Shown: positions 10,331 through 20,444, counted from the stretch's first letter. The stretch is DNA of 25,811 bases from a candidate division WOR-3 bacterium (GCA_965648915.1 CBFGIV010000030.1:1-25811); one strand, 5' to 3'. Notes: generated from the letters alone by a model not told the origin. Translations and numbers: made by a program.

Positions 10331-10822
10331 ATGCGAAATCGACGCAAGGCATATATTATAAAACTTCTGACTAATCATAGTATCGATAAGAGATTGGAGG
10401 CGATGCGTATGCTCCTCGAACTCGAAGAAAAGGAACGCATTCCCATCCTGTTGAGAATTATTGAAGACTCGAGCTGGCGGTTGCGTGAATTAGCCGCCAA
10501 GGAACTATGTCTATTTGGTGGCCGGGTTGTCCCCCGCCTGTTGAAGGTGGCAGCGAGCAGTCTCTGGTATGCACGCTCCGCCGCCTGTTATTCATTAGGC
10601 GAGATCGGCGATTTAAGGGCAATGGATGTGATCGTTGATCTCATCAATAAAGACAACAATCCGACGGTGGTGCGGGAGGCGACGATTGCCCTGGCCAAGA
10701 TCCTGTTAAAGAATCTTCCATTTGTCAAAGATCGCCTCGAAGAGAAATTCTGGCAGCGCTTTATCAGTTTGCTGAAAGAATTTGATAGAAATCTCTATGA
10801 CGAAATAATGAAAAAGCAATGA
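10331..10822 (+). CDS. HEAT-repeat (PBS-lyase-like) protein of unknown function
   Basis: Helical repeats WRLRELAAKEL, WYARSAACYSLGEIGD, VVREATIALAKI; abuts obgE and overlaps dprA. Confidence 0.8.
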   Translation: MRNRRKAYIIKLLTNHSIDKRLEAMRMLLELEEKERIPILLRIIEDSSWRLRELAAKELCLFGGRVVPRLLKVAASSLWYARSAACYSLGEIGDLRAMDVIVDLINKDNNPTVVREATIALAKILLKNLPFVKDRLEEKFWQRFISLLKEFDRNLYDEIMKKQ

Positions 10823-11898
10823 GCGATTTCACCTTTATTGATCTCCTATCAATCAAGGGTATGACCGAGGCAAGGCTGGCACATCTTATCAAAAAGTTTA
10901 AAGAGCCGGATGTAATATTTAATCTTTCCTATAATGAACTTGTTTATGAACAGGAGATAGAACACGAACTGGCGGAGCGGTTGGTTGATTATCGAAGAGA
11001 TAACCGAACCCGGGACGCAATTAGTAAATGTCAGGATCTCGGAGTCAAGGTTGTCACATTTTTAGATGATGAATACCCGGACGGTTTGAAGAATATTACT
11101 CAGGCACCGCCGGTACTTTTTATCCGGGGTACCTATCAGGAATGCGATGCCTGTGCCATCGCGCTTATCGGGACTCGTCGGGCAACCACTTATGGCCGAA
11201 CGGTGACCGATAAATTCGCCCGAGAATTCTGTGCGGCCGGTGTAACGGTGATCAGCGGTCTGGCCCGGGGTATCGATACCCAGGCACATATGAGTGCCCT
11301 GGCTGAGGGGGGGCGGACGATTGCGGTAATGGGAACTGGTATCGATCGTATCTACCCTCCCGAGAATCAGCGCTTGGCCGAGAGGATTGTCAAGAGTGGC
11401 GCCCTCTTCACAGAATTCAATTTTGGAACACAACCCCTGGCGATGAATTTCCCAAAACGGAACCGGATCATCGCCGGACTCTCGATGGCAGTGGTTGCGG
11501 TCGAAGCCCAGGAATCTTCGGGGGTAATGAACACAGTTAATTGGGCCTTAAACCAGGGCAAGGAAGTCTTCGCCGTGCCGGGTAGTATATTTTCCAAGTA
11601 TAGTTCAGGGACAAATAATTTGATAAAGGCCGGAGCCTCTATCGCTACATCAGCCCAGGTGGTCCTTGAGGAATTAAATCTGGTAAAAAGAAAAAAGACA
11701 ACGCCTTTGCTGGAATTAAATTTGACTGAAGATGAATCAATGGTAATTTCATTACTTTCGGAGACACCGGTCTATCTTGATGAGATTGCGCAGCGACTGA
11801 ATCGGCCGGTCCCGGCTATCCTCAATATCTTACTGGCGATGGAATTGAAGGGGCTGATCCGGCAATTGCCGGGAATGACCTTTGTTCGTAAGTTTTGA
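10819..11898 (+). CDS. dprA: DNA-processing protein DprA (Smf)
   Basis: YP..LKNI..APPVLF.RG, IGTR, SGLARGIDTQAH, FPKRNRIIAGLS, VFAVPG, C-terminal winged helix (LLAMELKGLIRQLPG). Confidence 0.96.
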   Translation: MSDFTFIDLLSIKGMTEARLAHLIKKFKEPDVIFNLSYNELVYEQEIEHELAERLVDYRRDNRTRDAISKCQDLGVKVVTFLDDEYPDGLKNITQAPPVLFIRGTYQECDACAIALIGTRRATTYGRTVTDKFAREFCAAGVTVISGLARGIDTQAHMSALAEGGRTIAVMGTGIDRIYPPENQRLAERIVKSGALFTEFNFGTQPLAMNFPKRNRIIAGLSMAVVAVEAQESSGVMNTVNWALNQGKEVFAVPGSIFSKYSSGTNNLIKAGASIATSAQVVLEELNLVKRKKTTPLLELNLTEDESMVISLLSETPVYLDEIAQRLNRPVPAILNILLAMELKGLIRQLPGMTFVRKF

Positions 11899-11914
11899 AT
11901 CGAAAGGAGTAGTA

Positions 11915-13006
11915 ATGGTTAAAAAGACACCTTTTTATGAAATACATATCCAGAACAAGGGGCAGATGGTTGAGTTTGCTGGTTTTTTAATGCCGATCCA
12001 ATTTAAAGGCATTATTGACGAACATCTTAAAGTCCGCAATTCGGTCGGGGTTTTTGATGTTTCGCATATGGGTGAGATCGTTATCAGTGGGCCGGATGGA
12101 TTAAAATTTACTAACTACATTACATCTAATGATGTCAGGAAACTGGCCCTGAATCAGGTTCAATATTCAACCCTGCTCTACCCGGATGGTGGTATTGTTG
12201 ATGACCTCCTTGTCTATCACCTGAAAGGCCGATTTTTTCTCGTGGTCAATGCGGCAAATACTGACAAAGATTTTCAATGGATTGTGCAGAATAAAAAGTG
12301 GGATGTCGAGGTCAAAAATATCAGTGATGAGATCGGGCAATTGGCAATTCAGGGACCGAGATCTGAAGCAGTTGTCCAGAAACTGGTCAATTTTCCCTTA
12401 GGGGAGTTAAAATATTACTGGGCCTGTGAGACCGAGATTGGTGGTTTCGATGTAATTCTTTCTCGCACCGGTTACACGGGTGAGGATGGTTTTGAGATCT
12501 ATACTGAAAATAAGAACTGCCGAAAATTATGGGAGATGGTCTTTGCCGCCGGTAGGGAATTCGAGATCGCGCCCATCGGGCTCGGGGCAAGAGATACACT
12601 CAGGCTAGAGATGAAGATGGCGCTTTACGGAAACGACATCGATAAGACGACCAATCCTCTTGAGGCGGGGCTGGGCTGGATTGTTAAATTAGACAAAGAG
12701 GATTTCATTGGTAAACAGGCGCTCCTGAAGATTAAAGAAGAAGGGGTCAAGCGGAAACTGGTTGCTTTTGAGAGTAAGGGTCGGGGTATCCCGAGGCCCG
12801 GATTCCAGATTTTGAAAGATGATAGGATTGTTGGTTATGTAACTTCCGGCACCTTCTCACCTTCATTATCAAAGGGCATCGGACTCGGGTACGTTGATAT
12901 CGCTTATCAAGAGCCGGGCAATAGATTTATGGTTAAGGGAAAGACCGGGACATTCGAAGTTGAGACAGTAAAACCACCCTTCTACAAAACACCCAGCCAT
13001 AAATAG
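11915..13006 (+). CDS. gcvT: Glycine cleavage system aminomethyltransferase T
   Basis: [43 protein letters not shown]. Start moved to ATG 11915, which follows RBS AAAGGAG (11903-11909). Confidence 0.96.
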   Translation: MVKKTPFYEIHIQNKGQMVEFAGFLMPIQFKGIIDEHLKVRNSVGVFDVSHMGEIVISGPDGLKFTNYITSNDVRKLALNQVQYSTLLYPDGGIVDDLLVYHLKGRFFLVVNAANTDKDFQWIVQNKKWDVEVKNISDEIGQLAIQGPRSEAVVQKLVNFPLGELKYYWACETEIGGFDVILSRTGYTGEDGFEIYTENKNCRKLWEMVFAAGREFEIAPIGLGARDTLRLEMKMALYGNDIDKTTNPLEAGLGWIVKLDKEDFIGKQALLKIKEEGVKRKLVAFESKGRGIPRPGFQILKDDRIVGYVTSGTFSPSLSKGIGLGYVDIAYQEPGNRFMVKGKTGTFEVETVKPPFYKTPSHK

Positions 13007-13026
13007 GATGTATCTTACAGCCGGTT

Positions 13027-15030
13027 ATGAAGTTTAAACTTTCTGCCAATTTCAAACCTACCGGTGATCAGCCTGAGGCCATCGCCCGATTAACCGCGGG
13101 CATCCGGCAGGGGGTTAAATACCAGACCCTGTTAGGTGTAACCGGTTCGGGAAAGACATTCACCATCGCCAATGTAATCGAGAATGTTCAGAAGCCAACA
13201 TTAATCATTTCCCATAATAAGACCCTGGCGGCTCAACTCTATGGTGAATTTAAGGCTTTCTTTCCTGACAATGCGGTCGAGTATTTTATCTCATATTATG
13301 ACTACTACCAGCCGGAAGCCTATGTGCCTGAGACCGATCTCTATATTGAGAAGGATGCTTCAATCAATGAAGAGATAGAACGGCTCCGGCTCCAGGCTAC
13401 CTCCTCTTTACTGACCAGAAATGATGTGATCATTGTTGCATCGGTTTCCTGTATATATAATATCGGCACACCGGATGAAATTAGAGAACTTGTTGTTGTT
13501 CTTAAAAAAAAGGAGACAATCGACCGGGAACAACTTCTTGACTCCCTTGTCTCAATCCGTTATCAACGCAACGACCTCGAACTGACGCCAGGCAACTTCC
13601 GGGTTCGAGGGGACATTATCGAAATTCATCCTGCTGATAAGGAAAATTGTTTGCGGGTGAGGCTATCGGACAATCTGGTAGAAAGGATCGAGGTCTTTGA
13701 TCCGGTCTCGGGACAGTTATTGAATGAAATCAATGAAACCGTCATATTTCCGGCCGAATATTTTATCACCACTCGCCCCAGACTTGAAATTGCGATAGGA
13801 AGGATTGAGAACGAATTACACATAAGGGTAGATGAACTCAAAAGGGCAGGAAAGTTGCTCGAGGCACAGCGACTGTTACAGCGGACGAAATTTGATCTTG
13901 AGATGCTGAAAGAATTGGGTTACTGCCCTGGTATTGAGAACTATTCAATGCATCTCTCCGGTCGCAGACCCGGGACTAGACCTTTCTGTCTCATCGATTA
14001 TTTTCCCGGCGATTATCTGATGGTCATCGATGAATCACATGTTACCATCCCTCAGATTGAGGGAATGTACAATGGTGACTATGCCCGTAAAAAGACACTG
14101 GTCGACCACGGCTTTCGTTTGCCTTCAGCCCTCGAGAATCGTCCCTTAAAATATAGTGAATTCGAATCATTAATCAAACAGGTAATATTTATGTCGGCTA
14201 CACCAACCCGGTTTGAGATTGAAAAAAGCGGCGGTATTGTTGTTGAACAGATTGTCCGACCCACGGGCATTGTTGATCCCGAGGTTATCATCCGGCCGAC
14301 TGAAGGGCAGATTGAGGATTTGATCGAACGGATGCGCCAGAAAGTAGAAAAACGCGAAAGGGTCCTGGTGACAACCCTGACCAAAAGGATGGCTGAGGAT
14401 CTGGCCGAATATCTGAATGAGATTGGCTTCCGGGTACGTTATCTCCATTCTGAGATTGATGCGATTGAGCGGGTTGAAATCTTGCGCGGTCTGCGTCTCG
14501 GTGAATTTGATGTCCTGGTCGGGATTAACCTCTTAAGAGAAGGGCTGGATCTGCCCGAGGTCGCGCTCGTTGCTATTCTTGATGCCGATAAAGAAGGTTT
14601 TCTGCGGGACGAACGATCCCTGATCCAGACCGCGGGCCGTGCGGCAAGAAATGTGCGGGGCGAGGTTGTCCTTTATGCCGACAATATTACCGGTTCGATC
14701 CAGAGAGCGGTCGCGGAGATGGCCCGGCGGAGAAAAAAACAGCTGGCCTATAACCGGAAACATAAAATCTCTCCCCGGACCGTTACCAAAACGACTGAAG
14801 AAGTAATCCGCACCACCCTTGTAGCCGATGCCCACTCTGTGGAAACCCGGTCGCAAGAAAAGGTCGATATCAGTATTGAGAGTCTGGCACAACTGAAGAA
14901 AGAGCTCGATGCAGCAGTTGCAATTATGGATTTTGAGAAAGCAATCATCCTGCGCGATAGGATAAAAGAGATAAGGGATAAACTGGAAAGAAAAAAAGGA
15001 AGGCGGAGCCATTGTAAACAAAAACCCTGA
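13027..15030 (+). CDS. uvrB: Excinuclease ABC subunit B
   Basis: [16 protein letters not shown], beta-hairpin [37 protein letters not shown]-terminal UVR motif ([11 protein letters not shown]). Confidence 0.98.
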   Translation: MKFKLSANFKPTGDQPEAIARLTAGIRQGVKYQTLLGVTGSGKTFTIANVIENVQKPTLIISHNKTLAAQLYGEFKAFFPDNAVEYFISYYDYYQPEAYVPETDLYIEKDASINEEIERLRLQATSSLLTRNDVIIVASVSCIYNIGTPDEIRELVVVLKKKETIDREQLLDSLVSIRYQRNDLELTPGNFRVRGDIIEIHPADKENCLRVRLSDNLVERIEVFDPVSGQLLNEINETVIFPAEYFITTRPRLEIAIGRIENELHIRVDELKRAGKLLEAQRLLQRTKFDLEMLKELGYCPGIENYSMHLSGRRPGTRPFCLIDYFPGDYLMVIDESHVTIPQIEGMYNGDYARKKTLVDHGFRLPSALENRPLKYSEFESLIKQVIFMSATPTRFEIEKSGGIVVEQIVRPTGIVDPEVIIRPTEGQIEDLIERMRQKVEKRERVLVTTLTKRMAEDLAEYLNEIGFRVRYLHSEIDAIERVEILRGLRLGEFDVLVGINLLREGLDLPEVALVAILDADKEGFLRDERSLIQTAGRAARNVRGEVVLYADNITGSIQRAVAEMARRRKKQLAYNRKHKISPRTVTKTTEEVIRTTLVADAHSVETRSQEKVDISIESLAQLKKELDAAVAIMDFEKAIILRDRIKEIRDKLERKKGRRSHCKQKP

Positions 15031-15084
15031 TTTATCGGTAGTTATGACGTTGTACAATAAAACTCAAATTTGTGCAATTTTATC

Positions 15085-15112
15085 TTGACAATGTGCAAAA
15101 ATTATATATAAT
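15085..15112 (+). promoter_or_regulatory. Consensus sigma70 promoter for the 367-aa gene
   Basis: TTGACA (15085-15090), 16 bp, TATAAT (15107-15112); RBS AAGGAGG before ATG 15167. Confidence 0.8.
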
Positions 15113-15166
15113 GGCAATATATGATTATCAGGTCGATTTTACCATCAAGCACTAACAAGGAGGTTT

Positions 15167-16270
15167 ATGAATCTAATAAAGGTGCTATTTCTTCTCTTTA
15201 CAATATCACTCTCTTCAGGAGGTCGATGGGAAGAAGTTGAGCGAATTGATCTGCCGTCGGGTTATTTATTAAGAGATTTCATCATTGATAATCGTGGAGA
15301 TATTTATCTCTCAGGTAATGCTTTTATTAAGATCGACCGGGCGGCAAAGCAAACGATCACCATCGATGAGAATCCGGTTGCGTTGGCCCTATCTTCTCTC
15401 CACTATGGGATAATTCTGATCAAAGAGAACGGAGATCTCAATTCATTAAATCAGGATCTTGCGCCCCATAAACTAACACAATTGGATCTGCCCGATCTTA
15501 TCTCGGGTTCACTCTTCGAAGATTCTTCCCATTTCTACATTGCGCTCCTTTTCAAAAATCGGCTGGTTATCTATAGAGATGGGCTTGAGCAAAATCATAT
15601 TCCACTCTCAGTTTCAGAGATTGCTTTTGTTGCGGGTGCCGATTACATAGGGAATCAAAACCCCTTTTATACGACAAATAATAACCGGGTTAATATCTGG
15701 CAAGGTGGTAACATAAAACAGATCAGGAATTATCGAGAACAGCCCTGGATTATGCTGCCTCATAAGATCACAGGTATTGCAGTTTCTAAACTCAACCAGA
15801 TCTATCTTGCAACTCCTGAATCGATATATATCTATAATCAGCAGGGACAAAGGGAAGAGGCGATTGGATCAGGCCGAAAATCAAAATTTGGTCGAATGCG
15901 CATTGGCTCTACTCCGGATACAATATTCATAATCGATGACCTTGCCCATCAAATTATTGTTTATGTTAGAAAAGATCGACTGACGACTCCGGGTCCGGTC
16001 TATCTTGAGAAGAATCAGCCCAACCCATTGGAGAGTTATACCGACATCGAATTTATCCTCTATGAACCCCTGGATATAAAGGTCGTCGTCTATAATCTTA
16101 TCGGTGGACCGGTAAAGACCCTGGCCCAGGGTTACTATAATAAAGGGCACTACCGAATAAGATGGGATGGACGTTCGGACGATGGTTCAATCCTCCCCAA
16201 TGGTGTCTACTTCTATCGCCTCGAATCGAAAAAAGGCATAAAGATACGGCAGTTGATTATAATGAAATGA
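15167..16270 (+). CDS. Secreted protein with possible beta-propeller and C-terminal FlgD-Ig/T9SS-sorting-like domain
   Basis: Signal peptide; beta-rich repeats (DFIIDNRGDIY, GIAVSKLNQIY); C-terminus LEKNQPNP...VYNLIG..VKTL...WDGR..G..LPNGVYFYRL. Confidence 0.75.
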   Translation: MNLIKVLFLLFTISLSSGGRWEEVERIDLPSGYLLRDFIIDNRGDIYLSGNAFIKIDRAAKQTITIDENPVALALSSLHYGIILIKENGDLNSLNQDLAPHKLTQLDLPDLISGSLFEDSSHFYIALLFKNRLVIYRDGLEQNHIPLSVSEIAFVAGADYIGNQNPFYTTNNNRVNIWQGGNIKQIRNYREQPWIMLPHKITGIAVSKLNQIYLATPESIYIYNQQGQREEAIGSGRKSKFGRMRIGSTPDTIFIIDDLAHQIIVYVRKDRLTTPGPVYLEKNQPNPLESYTDIEFILYEPLDIKVVVYNLIGGPVKTLAQGYYNKGHYRIRWDGRSDDGSILPNGVYFYRLESKKGIKIRQLIIMK

Positions 16271-16327
16271 AGGGCAAAGATCGGCATTCTCCGATGCATG
16301 TAAAGAAGTGCTGAGTCTGGCTAAGGA

Positions 16328-18409
16328 TTAATACCCTTCCAGCGCTTCTTTATCAATCTTTTCAAAGTCTTCGCTCCCTTCGATTTTAGAATTGTAGTTA
16401 TGGAGATTACAGGAGTCTGAAGGTTCAGTGCCTTTAATAAAGGCCTCTTCTCTTGCCCTGGGGCAGTAAGGTGTTGCAAGCAATCCGGTCTTATTACATG
16501 TCCTCCGAATAGTTATCTTTTCCGGAACGACAAAATCTCTTACCGGGGCGGTATCAAGGACTGCCTTCATAAATTCTCCCCAGATGGGTGCAGCAACATC
16601 GCCACCGGTTGCCCCCCGGTAGATACGCTCATTATTATCATAACCAATCCAGATACCCGCAACCAGTTCCGGAGTGAATCCGATAAACCAGCAGTCTGTA
16701 TAATTATTGGTCGTTCCGGTCTTACCGGCGGCAGGCCGGGTGAACCCTGCCTGCCGAATTCGGTATGCGGTCCCACCATCAATAACACTGCGCATCGTAT
16801 GGAGAATAACATAAGCAACTTCAGGAGTGAGGACTACCTGTTCATGCTGATTGTACTTCTCGATTATATTCCCATCCCGGTCGACTATCTTCCTGATGAT
16901 AACCGGTTCAACTCTGATGCCCTGATTATCAATAACACCAAAGGCGCTGGTCATCTCGAGGAGATTAACCTCGCAGGCACCCAGGGCCAGTGACAGAACT
17001 GGTAACAGTTTGCTCTTAATTCCCATCCGATGGGCATAATCGATTACCAGTTCCGGACCGATTGTCCGCATAAGACGAATCGCCACCAGATTCCTTGATA
17101 ACATTAATGCCCGCCTCAATGTCATTGGCCCCATAAACTGACGATCATAATTAGACGGTCGATAAATACTATCCTCAGCTGGAACATCAATAACAATCGG
17201 TGCATCGAGGACTATATCTGAGGCAGTAAAACCATTATCAAACGCTGAGGTGAAGACAAAAACCTTAAAGGCTGAACCAGCCTGTCGTCGAGCTTGAGTT
17301 GCCCGGTTGAATTTACTCTTATTAAAATCCCGACCTCCAATCATTGCCTTAACAAAGCCGGTATGGGGATCGAGCACAACCATTGCTCCCTGAAGATAAG
17401 ATGGGCCAAAGATTGAATCAACCAAACCGGTCGAATCGATCGTCTGGCGCTTACGCGGGAGATGATAATCCTCCTCAATCTTCTTAATCCCTTTTTCTAA
17501 GATAGCCTCAGCCTTTTTCTGAATCTCGATATCCATTGTTGTATAAACACTGGCTCCGCTCCGATATAAAAAATCATAGCCGTACTTCAGTTCCAGATAC
17601 TGTCTGACTTCCTCGAGAAAATAACTACCGACCAATAATGAATCTTTTCGATTGCGGACGGAAATCTTTTCCTGTCTTGCCCTGGTCAATTCCTCAGCGG
17701 TTATAAAATCACACTCATACATTTTTTGCAAGACGAGATCGCGCCGGCGCCGGGCCATCTCTAAGTTCTTAAACGGGGAGTAATGGGCAGGAGAGCGAGG
17801 GATGCCAGCCAGCAGGGCACATTCTGATAGAGATAGGTCAGAAACCGATTTACCAAAATAGGTTTGAGCAGCTGCCTCGACTCCATAGGCGCCCTCACCA
17901 AAGTTAACCTGATTGAGATACATTTCGAGAATCTCATCTTTGGTAAAGAGTCGTTCAATCTGAAGCGCCAGAATTGCCTCTTTTAATTTCCGTTCAACAC
18001 TGCGCTCTTGAGTTAAGAACATATTGCGCGCCAGCTGCTGGGTTATGGTACTCGCACCCTGAACTACACGATGATGAAAAAAATTGGTCAGGACCGCACG
18101 CGAGATTGCCCAGATATTTAATCCCCAGTGTTGATAGAATCTACGGTCTTCAAGAGCGATAAATGCCTGCTGTAAATTTTTGGGGATTAATTCGAGTTCG
18201 ACCGGCCGCCTCCGTTCGATAAAAAACTGGCCGATAAATCGATCCTCAATATCATATACCATTGTTGCCTCAGGCGGACGGAAGGAAGCAATAGACGATG
18301 CGGGTGGTAAATCGCGCATCAACCATCTTATTGCGCCAACCAGAAGCCCGAGGCAAAATGAGAGGATAAATAATATCAGCCAGATCGGTTTGATGATGGC
18401 GCGCTTCAT
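16328..18409 (-). CDS. mrcA: Class A penicillin-binding protein (PBP1A)
   Basis: N-terminal TM; transglycosylase motifs EDRRFYQHWG, GASTITQQL, RKLKE; transpeptidase motifs SAFK, SRN, KTG. Confidence 0.93.
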   Translation of the reverse strand: MKRAIIKPIWLILFILSFCLGLLVGAIRWLMRDLPPASSIASFRPPEATMVYDIEDRFIGQFFIERRRPVELELIPKNLQQAFIALEDRRFYQHWGLNIWAISRAVLTNFFHHRVVQGASTITQQLARNMFLTQERSVERKLKEAILALQIERLFTKDEILEMYLNQVNFGEGAYGVEAAAQTYFGKSVSDLSLSECALLAGIPRSPAHYSPFKNLEMARRRRDLVLQKMYECDFITAEELTRARQEKISVRNRKDSLLVGSYFLEEVRQYLELKYGYDFLYRSGASVYTTMDIEIQKKAEAILEKGIKKIEEDYHLPRKRQTIDSTGLVDSIFGPSYLQGAMVVLDPHTGFVKAMIGGRDFNKSKFNRATQARRQAGSAFKVFVFTSAFDNGFTASDIVLDAPIVIDVPAEDSIYRPSNYDRQFMGPMTLRRALMLSRNLVAIRLMRTIGPELVIDYAHRMGIKSKLLPVLSLALGACEVNLLEMTSAFGVIDNQGIRVEPVIIRKIVDRDGNIIEKYNQHEQVVLTPEVAYVILHTMRSVIDGGTAYRIRQAGFTRPAAGKTGTTNNYTDCWFIGFTPELVAGIWIGYDNNERIYRGATGGDVAAPIWGEFMKAVLDTAPVRDFVVPEKITIRRTCNKTGLLATPYCPRAREEAFIKGTEPSDSCNLHNYNSKIEGSEDFEKIDKEALEGY

Positions 18410-19485
18410 AATATTGCCTCGGTCGTTGCTTGATCAAAAAGGTAGAGATCTTTCCGATCAAAATCGACGCTGATCGTCTCCCCGATCCGAGGCAGGATTC
18501 CCCTGTTCAGTGCAACACAGATGGTCGATTCCGAAAAATTTCCATATACATAAGTCAATCCCCCGAACCGTTCCACCGAATCGATCCGGAGCGATATTGA
18601 TCCCGGGTGCTTAAGTTTTAAATCTTCAGGACGGAGGCCGGCAATTACCGCTTGATTGATAAATCTCGGTGGGATATCGATCCCGTCAAGATTCCAGTGC
18701 AAATTATTATCCTCGGATACGAAGGTTACCCCTCCTAAATCTCTTAGTACCCCTTTGAAAAAATTCATCGGCGGGCTACCGATGAATCCGGCGACAAAGA
18801 TATTCTTGGGTTTAGCATACAGATTTACCGGTGTATCAATCTGTTGAACTTCACCATCTTTTAAGACAATAATCCTTTCCCCCAGTGTCATCGCCTCGGT
18901 CTGATCATGGGTTACATAGATAACGGTTGTCTTCAGTCTCTGGTGAAGATTAGCCAGTTCATACCGCATCGAGATCCTTAATTTCGCATCGAGATTGGAG
19001 AGGGGTTCATCAAAGAGAAAAACTTTGGGTTTACGGACAATAGCCCTCCCCAGGGCGACCCTCTGTCTCTGGCCGCCCGAAAGCTGACGGGGTTTTCGGT
19101 TGAGTAAATCAGAAATACCTAAAATCTGTGCTGCCTCCTCAACCCTTCTTTTTATCTCGGTTCCGGGGAATTTCCTCATCTTGAGACCGAACGCCATATT
19201 CTCATAAACCGTCATATGGGGATAGAGGGCATAATTCTGAAAGACCATGGCAACATCTCTTTCTTGAGGAGGGATCCCATTTACCATCTTATCGCCAATA
19301 TAGATCTTTCCGCTATCTGGTTCATCCAGCCCGGCTATGATCCTAAGTACCGTAGTCTTCCCGCATCCTGATGGTCCAACAAGAACAGCAAATTCCTGGT
19401 CCTGGACAGTAAAAGATATGTTTCGCACTGCGTAGATTTTATGGTCGAATATCTTTGAGACCTCAGCCAGTTGAACCTGAGCCAT
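18406..19485 (-). CDS. Carbohydrate ABC transporter ATP-binding protein (MalK/MsmX/UgpC family)
   Basis: GPSGCGKT, VFQNYALYPHM, LSGGQRQR, DEPLSNLD, YVTHDQ, FVAGFIGSPPMN, C-terminal TOBE region. Confidence 0.95.
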   Translation of the reverse strand: MAQVQLAEVSKIFDHKIYAVRNISFTVQDQEFAVLVGPSGCGKTTVLRIIAGLDEPDSGKIYIGDKMVNGIPPQERDVAMVFQNYALYPHMTVYENMAFGLKMRKFPGTEIKRRVEEAAQILGISDLLNRKPRQLSGGQRQRVALGRAIVRKPKVFLFDEPLSNLDAKLRISMRYELANLHQRLKTTVIYVTHDQTEAMTLGERIIVLKDGEVQQIDTPVNLYAKPKNIFVAGFIGSPPMNFFKGVLRDLGGVTFVSEDNNLHWNLDGIDIPPRFINQAVIAGLRPEDLKLKHPGSISLRIDSVERFGGLTYVYGNFSESTICVALNRGILPRIGETISVDFDRKDLYLFDQATTEAIL

Positions 19486-20331
19486 TTATCGCTTGGCCGT
19501 TTTTTTACTGGTAGTCAACAGATTCAGAATTTTGATAAGCGTAGAGCGCAGGTCTTTTCTTGATACAACCATATCTACCAGACCGTGCTTGAGGAAAAAT
19601 TCGGACCTTTGAAATCCCTCGGGCAATTTTTCTCCGATCGTCTGTTCAATCACCCTTGGTCCGGTAAAGCCGAGCAGGGCACCAGGCTCAGAAATAATTA
19701 TATCGCCCAGCGAGGCGTAAGAGGCCATCACCCCGGCATAGGTGGGATTGGTCAGGATTGAGATATAGAGAATCTTTTTCTTATGAAGGATGGCGAGTTC
19801 TGAAGCAGTCTTTGCCATCTGCATCAGAGAAAAGATACCTTCCTGCATTCGTGCTCCACCCGAAGTGGAGACGATTATTAATGGGATCGCCTTTGTGCAA
19901 GCAAGCCTGATCGCCCGGGCCACTTTCTCGCCCACCACCGACCCCATACTGCCGCCGATAAAGTCCCATTCCATAACTGCGAAGACCACCGGTTTTTGAT
20001 CAATCATCCCCTCGCCATAAATCACCGCCTCTTTTATCCTGGTCTTCTGTTGAGACGATTTTATCTTCTCTTTATATCTGGGAAAGTCAAGGATGTCTTC
20101 GGGTTCAATATTTGCATCATGCTCAACAAAACTTTCCGGATCAAGGATCAGATCGATATAATTCCGGTAACTTATTCGAAAATGGAAATTGCATTTAGGG
20201 CAGGTCCAGAGATTCTTTTCAAATTCTTTTCGATAGATAATTTCACCACAGATTTCACATTTAACCCATAGTCCCTCAGGGACTTCAACCTTACTTCCCT
20301 TAGGAGCAAATGGTTTTTTCTTCAGCCACAT
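19486..20331 (-). CDS. accD: Acetyl-CoA carboxylase carboxyltransferase beta subunit
   Basis: VPEGLWVKC..C...C..C zinc finger, FIGGSMGSVVGEK, GGARMQEG, GFTGPRVIEQT, FQRSEF. The ATG at 20331 (MWLKKK) is preferred to the TTG at 20349, which lies inside the promoter. Confidence 0.95.
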   Translation of the reverse strand: MWLKKKPFAPKGSKVEVPEGLWVKCEICGEIIYRKEFEKNLWTCPKCNFHFRISYRNYIDLILDPESFVEHDANIEPEDILDFPRYKEKIKSSQQKTRIKEAVIYGEGMIDQKPVVFAVMEWDFIGGSMGSVVGEKVARAIRLACTKAIPLIIVSTSGGARMQEGIFSLMQMAKTASELAILHKKKILYISILTNPTYAGVMASYASLGDIIISEPGALLGFTGPRVIEQTIGEKLPEGFQRSEFFLKHGLVDMVVSRKDLRSTLIKILNLLTTSKKTAKR

Positions 20332-20339
20332 AGCAACAA

Positions 20340-20367
20340 ATTTTATCAATTTTTATCAAAAAGTCAA
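20340..20367 (-). promoter_or_regulatory. Sigma70-like promoter for the accD unit (probably leaderless)
   Basis: Minus strand TTGACT (20367-20362), 16 bp, TAAAAT (20345-20340), 8 nt, then ATG at 20331. Confidence 0.6.
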
Positions 20368-20392
20368 GAGAAGCGATTGCCGACCTTCAGAT

Positions 20393-20420
20393 AAAAAACG
20401 GGGCTACCGATGTAGCCCCG
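20393..20420 (-). terminator. Rho-independent terminator of the 915-aa gene
   Basis: Perfect 9-bp stem CGGGGCTAC / GTAGCCCCG with a 4-nt loop, followed on the minus strand by T6. Confidence 0.9.
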
Positions 20421-20444
20421 CATATCGATTGGTGATTTTCTGTC

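Noticed and set aside
11882..11914. ORF-track TTG start for gcvT
   Set aside because: It overlaps dprA, whereas the ATG at 11915 has a strong RBS and a typical GcvT N-terminus.
13007..13026. SOS/LexA box upstream of uvrB
   Set aside because: The gap is only 20 bp and contains no convincing palindrome or promoter.
16280..16295. ATCGG-N6-CCGAT hairpin between convergent genes as a terminator
   Set aside because: The stem is only 5 bp with no U tract on either strand, too weak to call.
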